From the human T2T-CHM13v2.0 reference genome, Homo sapiens, in NCBI RefSeq assembly GCF_009914755.1, contig NC_060928.1: a stretch of DNA of 64,000 nt. One strand, written 5' to 3'. The notes under the pieces are model-generated. The model saw only the letters and a program-made list of their open reading frames with translations. It did no database searches and was not told the DNA's origin. Positions 1 to 20,255 of the stretch are shown here, piece after piece. The position numbers and the translations under genes are program-made. The first letter of the stretch is position 1, and the number at the start of each line of letters is the position of its first letter.

Positions 1-93
1 CTAATCCTCAGTAAGAGGATGCTGCAAAGTTATGTGACAAAGAGAATGGATATAGCCTGGAATAAAAATTCGGGCCATTAGTCCAATCTACCA
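1..93 (-). mobile_element. MLT1-type (ERVL-MaLR) LTR fragment
   Basis: Ends ...gggccattagtccaatctacca, resembling the reverse complement of an MLT1 LTR start (tgtggtagattg...); highly diverged. Confidence 0.4.
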
Positions 94-879
94 GAGAGGG
101 GGAAAGTTAATCATGCCCATTGTATCCTATAAGATAAAGATAAAAATAAAAATACCAATTAAATTATTTCCAATTCAAAATTGTGAACTGTACCTATACA
201 CTTACTTCAAAAAATATTAAAATGAGTATACTAGAGGGAGAGAGAAAGAGAGAGTAATGTTGGGCTCTAATTGAATACAGAAATTCAGATAAATGTTGCA
301 AGATAGGGGAAAGTGATAGGTCAGGCATGATGAATGGAAAACATGATGTCTTGGTGAAAAAAAACATGTGGTTTGGAATTGGGGAGTAATGGTAAGTATA
401 ATTAAAAAATTTTGCGTGGGCTAAATTATAGAAACTGGGCCCAACATTTAAAACTAATTTAGGTAAAGTCATTGCAGTTATGTTTAGCAAAATGAAACAG
501 ACAAGAATTGGAAGACTACTTGGAAATTGTTGCAATGAAATCAGGTATTAGGTAGCATTGAAGATGAAGAGGAAAAAAACATAAACACAGCATTGAGATT
601 TTTAAAAGAATTCAACAGGATTGATAGCTATCAAGACATAACAATTCATTCCAAGAGGTCTTAAATACCTCAGAAGTGCAAAATGCTACTTGTAAAATTT
701 AAATAGTCTGCATTCTCTGACCTTAATGGGTTTGGGGATTGTACTAGATTTGGAATGAAAAACAAAGCGTTATGCTGTCTTTGTAAAAACTAATATTTTC
801 TAAGGCAATAATGTCTTATATTTCTGGAGATTGTTGGAATCTGATTGTTGGATTAACTGAAAAAAAAATTCTTCCTTAT

Positions 880-3628
880 GGCAAACAAACAAACAACAAA
901 AAATAAACACTGCAGACCAATACACCTGATGAAAATAGATGCAAAAATTCTCATAAAAATACTAGCAAACCAAATCCAACAGCACGTGAAAAAGATGATC
1001 CACCATGAATAAGTGGGTCTTATTTCAAGAGGGCTTAAATACATCAGAAGTACAAAGGATAATTCAACATATGCAAATCAATAAATGTAATGAATCACAT
1101 AAACAAAATTAAGGACAAAACCATATGATCTCAATAGATACAAAAAAAGTGTTTGATAATATTCTGCATCTCTTCATGAGAAGAAACCCTCAGCAAACTA
1201 AGCATAGAAGAAACATATCTCAAAATAATAAAGGTTGCGTATGACAAACCCACAGCATACTGAATGAAGTTGAAAGCATTCCCTCTGAGAACTGGAAGAA
1301 GACAAGAATACCCACTTTCATCACTTCCATTTAACATAGAATTGGAAGTCCTAGCCAGGGCAATTGGAAAAGTGAAAGAAATAAGCAGCACCCAAATTGG
1401 AAAAGAGGAAGTCAAAATATCTTTTTTTGTTGACAATATGATCTTACATCTAGAAAAACTAAAGACTCCATCAAAAAACTCTTAGATTTGAAAAATGAAT
1501 TCAGTAAAATTTCAGCATACAAAATCAACTCACAAAAATCAGTAGGATTTCTATACATTAGTAATTTTCAAGCTGAGAACCAAATCAAGAGGAGAATCCT
1601 ATTTACAATAGCTAAATAAAAACTAAAATACCTAGAAATATATTTAATCAAGGAGGTGAAAGAGCTCTACAAGGAAAACTATAAAACATTGATGAAAGAA
1701 ATCATGGATGGCACAAACAAATGGAAAAACATTCCATGATCATGGATCAGAAGAATTAAGATAGTTAAAATGATCATACTGCCCAAAGCAATTTATAGAT
1801 TCAATGTAATTCCTATCAAAATAAAACATTATTTTTCAAAGAATTAATAAAAATAATTTTTACAATATTAGGAAATCAAAACTAAAAGTCCAAAAGCCAA
1901 AGCAACTGTAAGTGAAAAGAGCAAAGCTGGAGGCATCATATTATCTGACCTCAAATTATACTACAAGCCTATTATAACCATGATCTTTGACAAAGTGGAC
2001 AAAAGCGTATACTGAGGAAAGGATACCCTATTCAATAAATGATACTGAAAAAAATAGATGTTTATATGCAGAAGAATGAAACTGTACCTCTTTTGCCTCT
2101 TCATCATGTACAAAAATCCACTCAAGATAGATTAAAGACTCAAATGTTAAGACCTGACACTATAAAAACACTAGAAGAAAACCCAGGTAAACTCTTCTGG
2201 ACACTGGCTGAGGCAAATAATTCATAACTAAGACCTCAAAAGAACAGCAACAAAAACAAAAATAGGCAAAGGGCACCATATTAAACTAAAAATTTCCCAC
2301 ACAGCCCATGTAATAATCAGCAAAGTGAACAAATGCCCTGCAGAATGGGGGAAAATATTTGCAAACTATCCTTCCAACAGGGGACTAATACCCAGAATCT
2401 ACAAGGAGCTCAAACAATTCAACAACAAAAGTTAAATAACCATATTAAAAAGTGGTCAAAGGACATTAATTGACTTTTTTTTTCAAAAGAAGACACATAA
2501 ATGGTCAAAAACCATATAAAAAATGTTCAACATTAGTAATCAGAATAATGCAGATTAAAACCACAGTGAGATATCATCTTACACCAGTCAGAATGGCTAT
2601 TATTAAAAAGCCAAAAAAGTAACAGATGTTGCTGAGTACGGGGAGAAATGTGAAAGCTTAGAAACTGTTGTTGGGTATGTAAATTAATACATTTATGTAA
2701 AGCAGTATGGAGATTCTCAAAGAACTAAATATAGAACTACCATTCCTTCCAGCAAACTCACTACTGGGTGTCACCCAAGGGAAAAGAAATGATTTTGTCA
2801 AACAGATACCTGCACTCTTCTGCTTATTGCAGCACTAGTCACAGAAGCAAAGATATAGAATCAACTTAAGTGTCCACTAATGGATTACTGAATAAACAAA
2901 TGTGGTGTACACTTACACACACACACACAAACACTATTCAGCCATAAAAAACTAAAATCATGTCTCTCTCAGCAATATGGATGGAAGTGGAGGCCATTAT
3001 CTTAAGGAAACAACTCAGAAACCCAAAGTCAAACACTACATCTTCTGACTCATAAATGGGAGCTGATATGGTTTGACTGTGTCCCCACCCAAATCTTATC
3101 TTGAACTGTAGCTCCTATAATACCCACATGTCATAGGAGGGACCTGGGGGGAGGTAATTGAATCATAGGGGTAGGATTTTCCACTGCTGCTCTCATGATA
3201 GTGAATAAGCCTCATGAGGTCTGATGGTTTCATGAAGGGCAGTTCCCCTGCACACACTCTCTTGCCTGCCACCGTGTAAGATGTGTTTCTGCTCCTCCTT
3301 CACTTTCTGCAATGATTGTGAGGCCTCCCCAGCCATGTGAAACTGTGAGTTTATTAAACCTCTTTTTCTTTATAAATTACCCTGTCTCGGGTATGTCTTT
3401 ATTAGCAGCATGAGAACAAATTAATACAGAAGCTAAATAATGTTTACACATAAACATAAAGTGTGGAATAATATACATCCTATACTGGGAAGTATTGGAA
3501 GGTGAATGGGGAGGGAAGAAAAATTACTTAGTGGGTACAAGGTACATTATTTAGGTAATGGTTACACTAAAAGCCCAAACTACACCACTGTGCAATATGT
3601 CCTTGAAACAAAACTGCAATTGTACCAC
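880..3628 (+). mobile_element. 5'-truncated old L1 (L1MA1/L1MA2-like), interrupted by a THE1 LTR
   Basis: Frameshifted ORF2 remnants ([32 protein letters not shown] at 1264-1485) and an L1MA-type 3'UTR (...ggttacactaaaagccc...aaaactgcaattgtacc). Confidence 0.88.
3064..3428 (+). mobile_element. Solo THE1 LTR (THE1B/C-like, MaLR)
   Basis: Starts tgatatggtttgactgtgtccccacccaaatc and ends ttaataca. 5-bp TSD ggagc (3059-3063)/gaagc (3429-3433). The L1 3'UTR resumes directly after. Confidence 0.93.
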
Positions 3629-4734
3629 TCAGGACGTAGGAATGGGCACGGACTTCATGACTAAAATACCAAAAACAATGGCAACAAAAGCCAAAATAGA
3701 CAAATGGGATCTAATTAAACTAAAGAGCTTCTGCACCACAAAAGAAACAGGCGACCTGTTTAGAGCGAACAGGCAACATACAGAATGGGAGAAAATTTTT
3801 GCAATCTACCCATCTGACAAAGGGCTAATATCCAGAATCTACAAATAACTTAAACAAATTTACAAGAAAAAAGCAACCCCATCAAAAAGTGGGCAAAGGA
3901 TATGAACATACACTTCTCAAAAGAAGACATTTATGCAGCCAACAGACACATGAGAAAATGCTCATCATCATGGATCATCAGAGAAATGCAAATCAAAACC
4001 ACAATGAGATACCATCTCATGCCAGTTAGAATGGTGATCATTAAAAAGTCAGGAAACAAGAGACGCTGGAGAGGATGTGGAGAAATAGGAACGCTTTTAC
4101 ACTTTTGGTGGGAGTGTGAATTAGTTCAACCATTGTGTAAGACAGTGTGACAATTCCTCAAGGATCTAGAACTAGAAATACCATTTGACCCAGCCATCCC
4201 ATTACTGGATACATACCCAAAGGATTATATAAATCAAGCTACTATAAAGACACATGCACACGTATGTTTATTGTGGCACTGTTCACAATAGCAAAGACTT
4301 GGAATCAACCCAAATGTCCATCAATGATAGACTGGATTAAGAAAATGTGGTATATATACACCATGGAATACTATGCAGCCATAAAAATGGATGAATTCAT
4401 GTCCTTTGCAGGGACATGGATGAAGCTGGAAACCATCTTTCTCAACAAACTATCACAGGAACAGAAAACAAAACACTGCCTGTTCTCACTCATAGGTGGG
4501 AATTGAACAATGAAAACACTTGGACACAAGGTGAAGAACATCACACACTGGGGCCTGTCGCGGTGTGGGGAGCTGGGGGAAGGATAATATTAGGAGAAAT
4601 ACCTAATGTAAATGAGGAGTTGATGGGTGCAGCAAATCAACATGGAAAACGTACACCTATGTAACAAATCTGCATGTTGTGCACATGTACCCTAGAACAT
4701 AAAGTATAATTTTAAAAATTAAAAAAATTAAAAA
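3629..4734 (+). mobile_element. 5'-truncated L1PA (L1PA6-like)
   Basis: ORF2 C-terminal remnants ([23 protein letters not shown]-like zinc-knuckle region, WIKKMWYIYTMEYYAAIK), L1PA 3'UTR and A-rich tail. Confidence 0.92.
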
Positions 4735-4819
4735 TGTATTCTTTACGACAGTACGTTGGTAATATATTTTATTTATTTATTACAAGTAATAAAAATTATT
4801 TGAATCAAATCAGTGAGTG

Positions 4820-5060
4820 TGTTAGTCAACATTTGGCAAGTATTTATTGAGCTGTTATAGAAGTGGGCACTGTGCTAGATTAATTCAGAGATCTGCAATT
4901 ATTATATGACAGGGAAGAATGGAGCTAATCAGACAATTTCAAGCAAATAAGTACACCTAGAAATCTGAGTATCGTGAAAGAAATTCTAGGATATTACGTA
5001 GAATACCAGGAGTAATATCTGAATTTCTTGCCTCGTGGGCCAGTGCAAATTACAGAAAGA
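4820..5060 (-). mobile_element. L2 fragment
   Basis: caacatttggcaagtatttattgagc...gggcactgtgcta is typical of the reverse-complemented L2 3' end. Confidence 0.55.
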
Positions 5061-5243
5061 GTATAACAGAGTGTTTCTCAAACTTATTAAAAAATGTAAA
5101 TATTCTAAAATGGCAGATAAGTAGAAAATAATATCACAAGTGCTCTTGAAATTAGATTATATTTTTATTTTAAAAGTTTTTTTCAAATTCTTCATTTTAA
5201 CCCCTTGAGCTTAAAAATATAAATACTTATTGCAATTAAGAAT

Positions 5244-7623
<2,380 letters not shown>

Positions 7624-8249
7624 AAGAATATAAGGGAAGTTTTTCTACCGTCTTATAACTTAATTAGCATAATGCTACTGAATCATGCTTATCCTTTGTG
7701 GAAAAAATGGGAAAATTGAAGACAACTGAATCAATATTGATTTTATTACTTTATACATTTGTTTTCTCACTTGGTGGCATTATAATTCAGAATTTAAAAT
7801 ATCTAAGTATATGTGAACACAAAGGCAGTTTTTTAAATTTATAGATTATGAGAGGCAAATAATTGAGTTGACATGTCTAGACTGATGACAAAATTAATGT
7901 TAGTTCAGTATTTTAAAACAAATAGTAGAGTATATTTTAATACATATATTTTTTATTGAGAGTTTATGCCAATCAAATCATGTTGTTTTTCTGAACCATT
8001 TGTCTGTCTCTAACCCATCTTAAGAACTAGTCAAAACACATTTTCCAAGAAGAATTAGTACTAAATATGTATTTTATTTTACTATAAACATTACAAAATC
8101 AAACATCTCAGTAAATTTTATGCTATTTTATTTATATTGAAGCAAAAATGTTCTGAGAAGGAGACAGAACCAGACTAACCAAATAAAATCCAAATTTTTA
8201 AAGTTCGTCTTTCTTTACTGAAAAAAAATTATTTATATAATCAATGAAT

Positions 8250-8590
8250 ACCAACCAAGTTTGGGTACCTTGCTGAGCAGTGGGAGTGTATAGGAACAAA
8301 GCAGACACTCTGTGCTGTCCTGAAGCCACATATCCACTAGGGGGTCTAAATATTAAATATGTACTCATACAAATAATTGTACAATTAAAACTCAGCTAGC
8401 AATTTCATGAGCAAACTTAGGAAGCTATGACACCAAACTTAGGAAGCTATAACATTAGAGGAATCCTACTCTGAATGGGGGGAGAGTTAGGAAAACTTCC
8501 CTGGAAAGTCACATTACACTGTGCATTGAAAGAACAAGTAGGATTAACTCAGGTGAGTTATTTGTCTGGGAAAAGAAAGGAGCAGAGGGT
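8250..8590 (-). mobile_element. L2 fragment with an internal 22-bp tandem duplication
   Basis: Diverged L2-like phrases (gaacaaagcagacac, gaaaacttccctggaaag, ttgaaagaacaagtaggatt). Duplication caaacttaggaagctat at 8412 and 8434. Confidence 0.45.
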
Positions 8591-9923
8591 AGCATATTGA
8601 TATCAACACTTGAAATATCATATTTCTAGTAAGTATATTTTCTTAGCTACTCTTTAACATTAAAATTAATAGTGAAACTATGTATCTTATTGAAGTTTTC
8701 TACCATTGATTGTAATATGTTATCTCTGTGAAGACAAGTCACAACTAAACACTCATATGGAAAATGTCTAGCAGCATTTTCAGTTAAATCAGTATTTACC
8801 CATGAAGCAGAGCACACTTTCAAGGTCACACTTTCTTTTCATTACAAATTTCTATATAAGAATACACAGTTTTGTCTTGGAACAATATTTACAATCTCTC
8901 TATTACCTACACTAAAAAGATAAAGGGCCAAAACATTTGGTGTAAGGTTTTCCCAATGTGCAAGCCAATAGTTGGTGAAGCATTTAGGGTTTGCAGTGAC
9001 CTTGAGGTGGGCTACTGCCCCCACAATCATGTCTTTCATAGGGGAGTTTCAATGTACAACAGTTCTTTTTCTCAGGCCACTCCCACTCCCCAGTTGATTT
9101 CAGGGACTTACAGTGGAAGGCTTTTGAGCTCACTCTAGTGTTTTTATTTTAAATCACCATGCCTTGTGCAACAGGAGATTGGGCTGATTTGTGGGATTCT
9201 ATGGACTCTCGTATATAATAAACGTTTCCACTTTTAAAAAGTTAGGCAGGAAATAATAAATTGTTTTTCAGAAAATGGGCTATAGAGTTCTTTGTAAACT
9301 TACCCAGAAATGGCACATTATAGATCATTTGTTCCAGTGAACAATAACACATATCACCCATGTTTTCAAAATTTTACTGTCCGTGCAAATATTATATTTG
9401 TGATTTCATGGAATTGATTAATACAAAAGCAGAACTATGATCATTCTATGTATCTGTGTATGTGAGATAAAGCTTATAAAGTTTGCAAGTGGATATAAAA
9501 TTTTGCCCTTCATGTGACCCTGACTTCTAGAGCCTTGCAACCCTTCCCAGACTTCTTTGAGAAATGGGATTCAGGAAGCAACCAGACACATAGCCAATTT
9601 TTTCTTATATGTTTTACTTTGTTCTTCTTGTTTTTCACAGGTACCTTTCAATTTCAACTCATAGAGACCAATAACCTCATCTATTTAGTGATACAGCTCA
9701 CTCAGGAATAATATCAATACCTATTTTCAGTTCTGGTGATCTTTGTTTTTCAATATGACATATATGAATCTCACTCCTTCATCATCCACATCTAATACTT
9801 TGCCTACTCCTATCAATTTATTATACTAAATATATTATGAATCTTTCTATATCTTACTATCACCACCATTGATATAACCAACTATCACTCTTACCTAAGC
9901 TACTGTAGTAGATTTCTTTCATC

Positions 9924-10006
9924 CTTTTACTTTTACTTTTATCATTTTTGAATTTGTTTTACTTTTACTTTTATCCAATTTTACTTTTATCATTTTTGAA
10001 TTTGTT
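9924..10006. repeat. Compound local duplication built on (ttttac)n
   Basis: ttttacttttatcatttttgaatttgtt occurs at 9931-9958 and 9979-10006 with a partial copy between. Confidence 0.8.
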
Positions 10007-10994
10007 CTCAGAAAAGGTTTCAGAGGGGAACATGTTAAACTATGCATGATATCATGCAATTGAATTATTTATGATAGTTGAGGGGTATTGAATTTTTCCT
10101 TGGATGATGACCAAGAACTTTATTTTATTTTATTTTATTATTATTATACTTTAAGTTTTAGGGTACATGTGCACAATGTGCAGGTTACTTACATATGTAT
10201 ACATGTGCCATGCTGGTGTGCTGCACCCATTAACTCGCCATTTAGCATTAGGTATATCTCCTAATGCTATCCCTCCCCCCTCCCCCGACCCCACAACAGT
10301 CCCCAGAGTGTGATGCTCCCCTTCCTGTGTCCATCTGTTCTCATTGTTCAATTCCCACCTATGAGTGAGAACATGCGGTGTTTGGTTTTTGTCCTTGCGA
10401 TAGTTTACTAAGAATGATGATTTCCAATTTCATTCATGTCCCTACAAAGGACATGAACTCATCCTTTTTTATGGCTGCATAGTATTCCATGGTGTATATG
10501 TGCCACATTTTCTTAATCCAGTCTATCATTGTTGGACATTTAGGTTGGTTCCAAGTCTTTGTATTGTGACTAGTGCTGCTATAAACATACGTGTGCATGT
10601 GTCTTTATAGCAGCATGATTTATAGTCCTTTGGGTATATACCCAGTAATGGGATGGCTGGGTCAAATGGTATTTCTAGTTCTAGATCCCTGAGGAATCGC
10701 CACACCGGCTTCCACAATGGTTTAACTAGTTAACAGTCCCACCGACAGTGTAAAAGTGTTCCTATTTCTCCACATCCTCTCCAGCACCTGTTGTTTCCTG
10801 ACTTTTTAAAGATTGCCATTCTAACTGGTGTGAGATGGTATTTCATTGCGGTTTTGATTTGCATTTCTCTGATGGCCAGTGATGGTGAGCATTTTTTCAT
10901 GTCTTTTTTGGCTGCATAAATGTTTTCTTTTGAGAAGTGTCTGTTCAAGTCCTTCGCCCACTTTTTGATGGGGTTGTTTGTTTTTTTCTTGAAT

Positions 10995-12756
<1,762 letters not shown>

Positions 12757-12909
12757 TATGATGTTAGCTGGTTATTTTGCTCGTTAGTTGATGCCTAAAA
12801 GAGCTCCTGAAGGAAGCACTAAACATGGGAAGGAACAACCAGTACCAGCCACTGCAAAATCATGCCAAATTGTAAAAACCATCAAGGCTAGGGTGACCAA
12901 GATCTTTAA

Positions 12910-13116
12910 CATAGTTTATAAGGCTCAGGTTATAATACTTTTCCAACTATCTGTCTCATTCCTCCCTAGCCCTTGCTAAGCAACATTCAGCCATATTGGT
13001 TTTCTCAGTTTCTGATGTATGCCAGGCTTCTATCATCTGCACCCCTGTATTCCCAGCACCTGGAAAAATATGTGACATACAGTAGGCACTCAGTACATAT
13101 TAGTTAAATGAATGAA
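12910..13116 (+). mobile_element. L2 3' end (probably continuous with an L2 at about 9770-10107, split by the L1)
   Basis: tgtattcccagcacctg...gtaggcactcagtacatattagttaaatgaatgaa. Confidence 0.65.
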
Positions 13117-13489
13117 GGAGAAAATAAATAGATGTTTATTTTTGATAACACTGGTAGGTTTTTTCAGGGCCATTTTGTGATTCCTCAGCCTCTTTCTATA
13201 CCCGTATCTCTTTGCTTCAATACTATTGGAGACAATTTTGTTGTGCCAGCTCATCTGTTCAACCTGTTCACACATCATAGGTCTATGGATTACTTTTCTT
13301 TAAATAACTTACCTAGTGCTGGTCCAATCAGCTGTGGCCGTGGTGAAGGAGTCGCATAGTTAAAAATATGGGCCTTCTCATTACAAGTTTTTGAGTAAAG
13401 AAAAAAGCTAAATTACTCATTTGGTTTTTCTACTTTTCTGACTCTTCCTATTCAGTTTGGTGGTGGTGTTGGTCATGGTGGTTCCTTCT

Positions 13490-14400
13490 CATCTCCCTAA
13501 CCTCTAATCTTGGGCTCAGTCCTGGATGTCTTGTCACTCACACTACACTGAATTTCTTGGTAATCTAATCAAATCTCATGATTAAAATAAATCTATATAC
13601 TGACAACTACCAAATATTGTCAGTTTGATGTTACACTGGATTCCAGAGGTAAATAACTAATGGTTTCCTTATATCTTCTTGTCTACTGGCCCCTCCTGAC
13701 CATTAACAATCTCAGACACGTTATGCTAAATGTTGAGCTCCTCATATATGTCTCAACTATGCTCTTCCTCCTGTCCTCCTCATGTCAGCAAATGGCAACT
13801 CTATTATTCCTGCTACTTAATTCAAAAAGCTTCGAATTATTCTTTGTTCCTTTCTTTCTCTCATACCCAATATCCGATCTACCTGCAAACCTTGTTACTG
13901 TACCGGCAGAATATATTTGCAACCACTACCAACATGCAGAATTCTTAATTTAAGACACTACCATTGTTCACCCAGTTGGCCTCCCAACTTTCACCATTGT
14001 CCCCTTTAGTCTACTGGAAGCATAACAGCAGCTAGAGTGACTCTTTAGAACATCACTCTGTTCATTTCAATCCACCACTTAAAATCCTCCAGTATCATTC
14101 CATCTCAATTATATACACCAGATTCCTTACAATAATCTACAATGTTCTGAAATGTTTTTCTGTAATTTTTGTGACCTCATTAACTGCTTTTCTGCTATAT
14201 GTGCTCTCTGCTCCAAATGCACTGTTCTACTTCTTGCTTTATAAACACACTAGACATTCTCTACCTTACTTTTCTTTGCTCAGAATGCTTTCCTTTTCTG
14301 ATATTCTTCACAGCCCCAGGTCTTTAATTAAATGCCATCTTTTCCTCTGGGGCTTTTTTTCATCATTCAATCTAAAATTGCACCCTACCATCTTTCCTGA
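13490..14400 (+). mobile_element. L2 (L2a-like) body
   Basis: Pyrimidine-rich diverged L2 phrases (atctatatactgacaac, aatggcaactctatt, acttaaaatcctccag, aaatgccatcttt). Confidence 0.6.
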
Positions 14401-14435
14401 AACCTTTTATTTTTGTCATTGTTGTAAAAATTTAT

Positions 14436-15020
14436 TTCATTTCATTTTATTTTAAACTTTTATTTTAGGTTCAGAGGTACATGTGCAGATTGGTTATATA
14501 GGTAAATTGTGTGTCAGGGGATTTGGTGTACAGATTATTTTGTCACATTGGTAATAAGCATAGTATCTGATAGGTACTTTTTCAGTCCTCACACTCCTCT
14601 CATGACCTTCAAGTAGACCCTGATGCCAAAAGTTCCCTTCTTTGTGTCCATGTGTATGCAACTGTTAGCTCCTACTTGTAAAACAGAACATGCAGTATTT
14701 GGTTTTCTGTTCCTGTGTTAGTTTGCTTAGGATAATGGCCTCCAGCTCCATCCATGTTGCTGTAAAAGGCATAATTTCATTCTCTTTTATGGCTGCATAG
14801 TATTCCATGGTATATATGTACCACATTTCCTTTCTCCAGTCTGCCATTGATGGGCACTTAGGTTGATTCCATGTCTTTGCTACTGTGAATAATGCTGTGA
14901 TGAACACATGCATGCACATGTCTTTATAGTGAAAGGATTTATATTCCTTTGAGTATATACCCAATAATGGGATTTCTGGGTCGGGTGATAATTTTGTTTT
15001 AAGTTCTTTGAAAAATTGCA
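14436..15020 (-). mobile_element. L1PA15/16-like 3' fragment
   Basis: Minus ORF remnant WYIYTMEYYAAIKENEIMPF and a typical 3'UTR start ttttattttaggttcagaggtacatgtgcag. Confidence 0.88.
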
Positions 15021-15545
15021 TTCCTGAAGCTTGTAATCACTTTTTTTTGCTCATTTTCATTTTTATCAGTTACTACTATATATTATATATTTATATTCCT
15101 TTGTTTTCTTCTTAAGAATATGAACTCCATAATGGTAAAGATGTTATAAAGTTTGCTCCTGATATAATGTAAGCACCTAAAACTGACCAGACTATAGTTC
15201 ACAATGGTGATAAAATACAACACATTTTAAAACTGAAGAATCATTATGATAGGTTACTTTGTTAGGAAAGAGAAGAGGTTTGGATCTGTTGGAGGGAGAA
15301 AATAGATGCTCATTTTCTAGCAATTGACTGGATGTGACCTAGCAGAATTAACAGTGCCCATTAACAAACATATTTATTTGCATTCACAAATTCATAAAAA
15401 GGAGAATAGTGCCTCCTAGGAAAAAAAGTTTTCAGACTGTAATTCATAAGTCCCTTTAAGGATAAGAGTTAAATAAACATTACATTGACTGTAGATGGCT
15501 CCTGGATTGAAAAGAACCATAAGACTCATCATCAAGTCTCAATAA

Positions 15546-17800
<2,255 letters not shown>

Positions 17801-18667
17801 GAGTTCTAAGGTCTCTATTTTTTGGAAGTAAAATTGAGACTTCTCATGCATTTATCTTGGGGAAAATGTGTCTATAGATTTGACCTAATAAGACCTATGT
17901 CACTAAATATTGTAGACAGTCATTAGCTTGGCCTTTTGAATCATTGTAGAGGGTAACACAAGATCGGTGAATTTTACAGTGGCAGCCTCAGGGGTAGTCT
18001 TGATTCCAGTACTGAGCCTAGTCAGAAGGATATAACAATGTCATGAGAGACTTAGAAATCAGAATGCAAGGCTTTCAATGATCAGCAGTACAGAATGTAG
18101 TCTGAGAAACTCAATGAGAGACAGTAGGGTATAGAAGGTAAAATATTCAGGTTAACATGCAATAGCAATTTTTAAAAAACTAAAAAATGTATCTAGGTTT
18201 AGGTCTTTTTCTCTCTGATATTTTTTCTTTAAATAAAGATATAGATCATAAAAGTACATTATTTGGAAGAAGGTCAGTGGGATAGGTTTTTCTCATTTCA
18301 TAACATAATGTATCATGCTATAGATAACAGTGTTTCATTGGTTAACATCATGACACATATTTAAGAGAGCTCTAGAAGTTTCTAATTTTTTGTAAGATAT
18401 CCATTAAGTAGAGTACCAAATGAGTTAATTCAGGAATGTTGATTATCAAACACTTAAAAACTTGACATGATAATATCTGAAAGTCTTCAAACTTGGCTGT
18501 ACAGGGGTCTCTTCATACATCTATCAATTTATTGATTAACTTTATTAAAAATACAAAATATTTGGGAGCACAGTTCACTACACTCTAGTTATCTACAGAT
18601 TTTTTTTCAGGTTAAATTACTGTGAACTAAATAGTCACTAATATTGAACTGAAAACAGTATTATTGA

Positions 18668-18987
<320 letters not shown>

Positions 18988-19433
18988 AAAGTAAGCCATT
19001 TTTAATGAAACTACTGGAGGAACGCACTTTAACAATCCTTTTGAAAATTGACTTGTTTGATTTTAAAACAAAGAAACTAATTTTCAATGACTAGGAAATA
19101 GTGAAATTATGGCCAGAGTAAGAAAGTGTGGCTTAATACATAAGTAGAAATGTGCTATGCGTCATTGTATGATGACAGGACCTAAAATAACAAAGACGCT
19201 AATCAAGATTAACCTGATATGAAAAGTATCAGGCCTTAAAAGTATTTTATGACTTTCTTCTGAATCCTATTTGTACCAGATGGAATAGTTACATAGAATT
19301 ACACAAAGTTTTCTAAAGAAAATGTAATTGGACAGTGACCATATGTTTTGTTTCTGCTTTCCACCAATCCTTTGTTACAGGAACATTGGTTTCACATTAT
19401 TTTCCTAATCAATATCTATCACAGCAGTCTTAA

Positions 19434-19754
<321 letters not shown>

Positions 19755-20088
19755 TCTTCCTAACTTATCTTATTCAGGTCTAAATTTTACCTTTTCTTGG
19801 AGACCAACATAATTATACCTTTTCCATGAAGACTCTTCAGTGGTCTTTTATACTATCTGTAGCTATTTTTTACTGCTCTGAATTTTATCTGCTCAGAACT
19901 TGCTGCTTTGTAACAGCATCTTCTTATTTGCATATTGTTTCTGTGCGGGCCAAATAGGAATGCTTCAAAGACAGATATAGACAAAGAATTGCTGCTAGTG
20001 GAGATTCAACTTTTTTCAAAAAATTCACATTTTTTTTTTTTTAATAAATTTATTTCTTTGGATCATGACAGTTATAATTTTAGAAATC

Positions 20089-20255
<167 letters not shown>

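Noticed and set aside
194-535. 113-aa minus-strand ORF
   Set aside because: No recognisable homology; the composition reflects a T-rich strand of probably decayed repeat DNA.
3325-3337. PRDM9 hotspot 13-mer in the THE1 LTR
   Set aside because: The sequence is cctccccagccat, which fails CCNCCNTNNCCNC at two specified positions.
7630-10107. Spacer already inverted in this haplotype
   Set aside because: Each flanking L1 retains its own TSD pair in direct orientation (though the aagaat TSD is short), so this haplotype has the ancestral arrangement.
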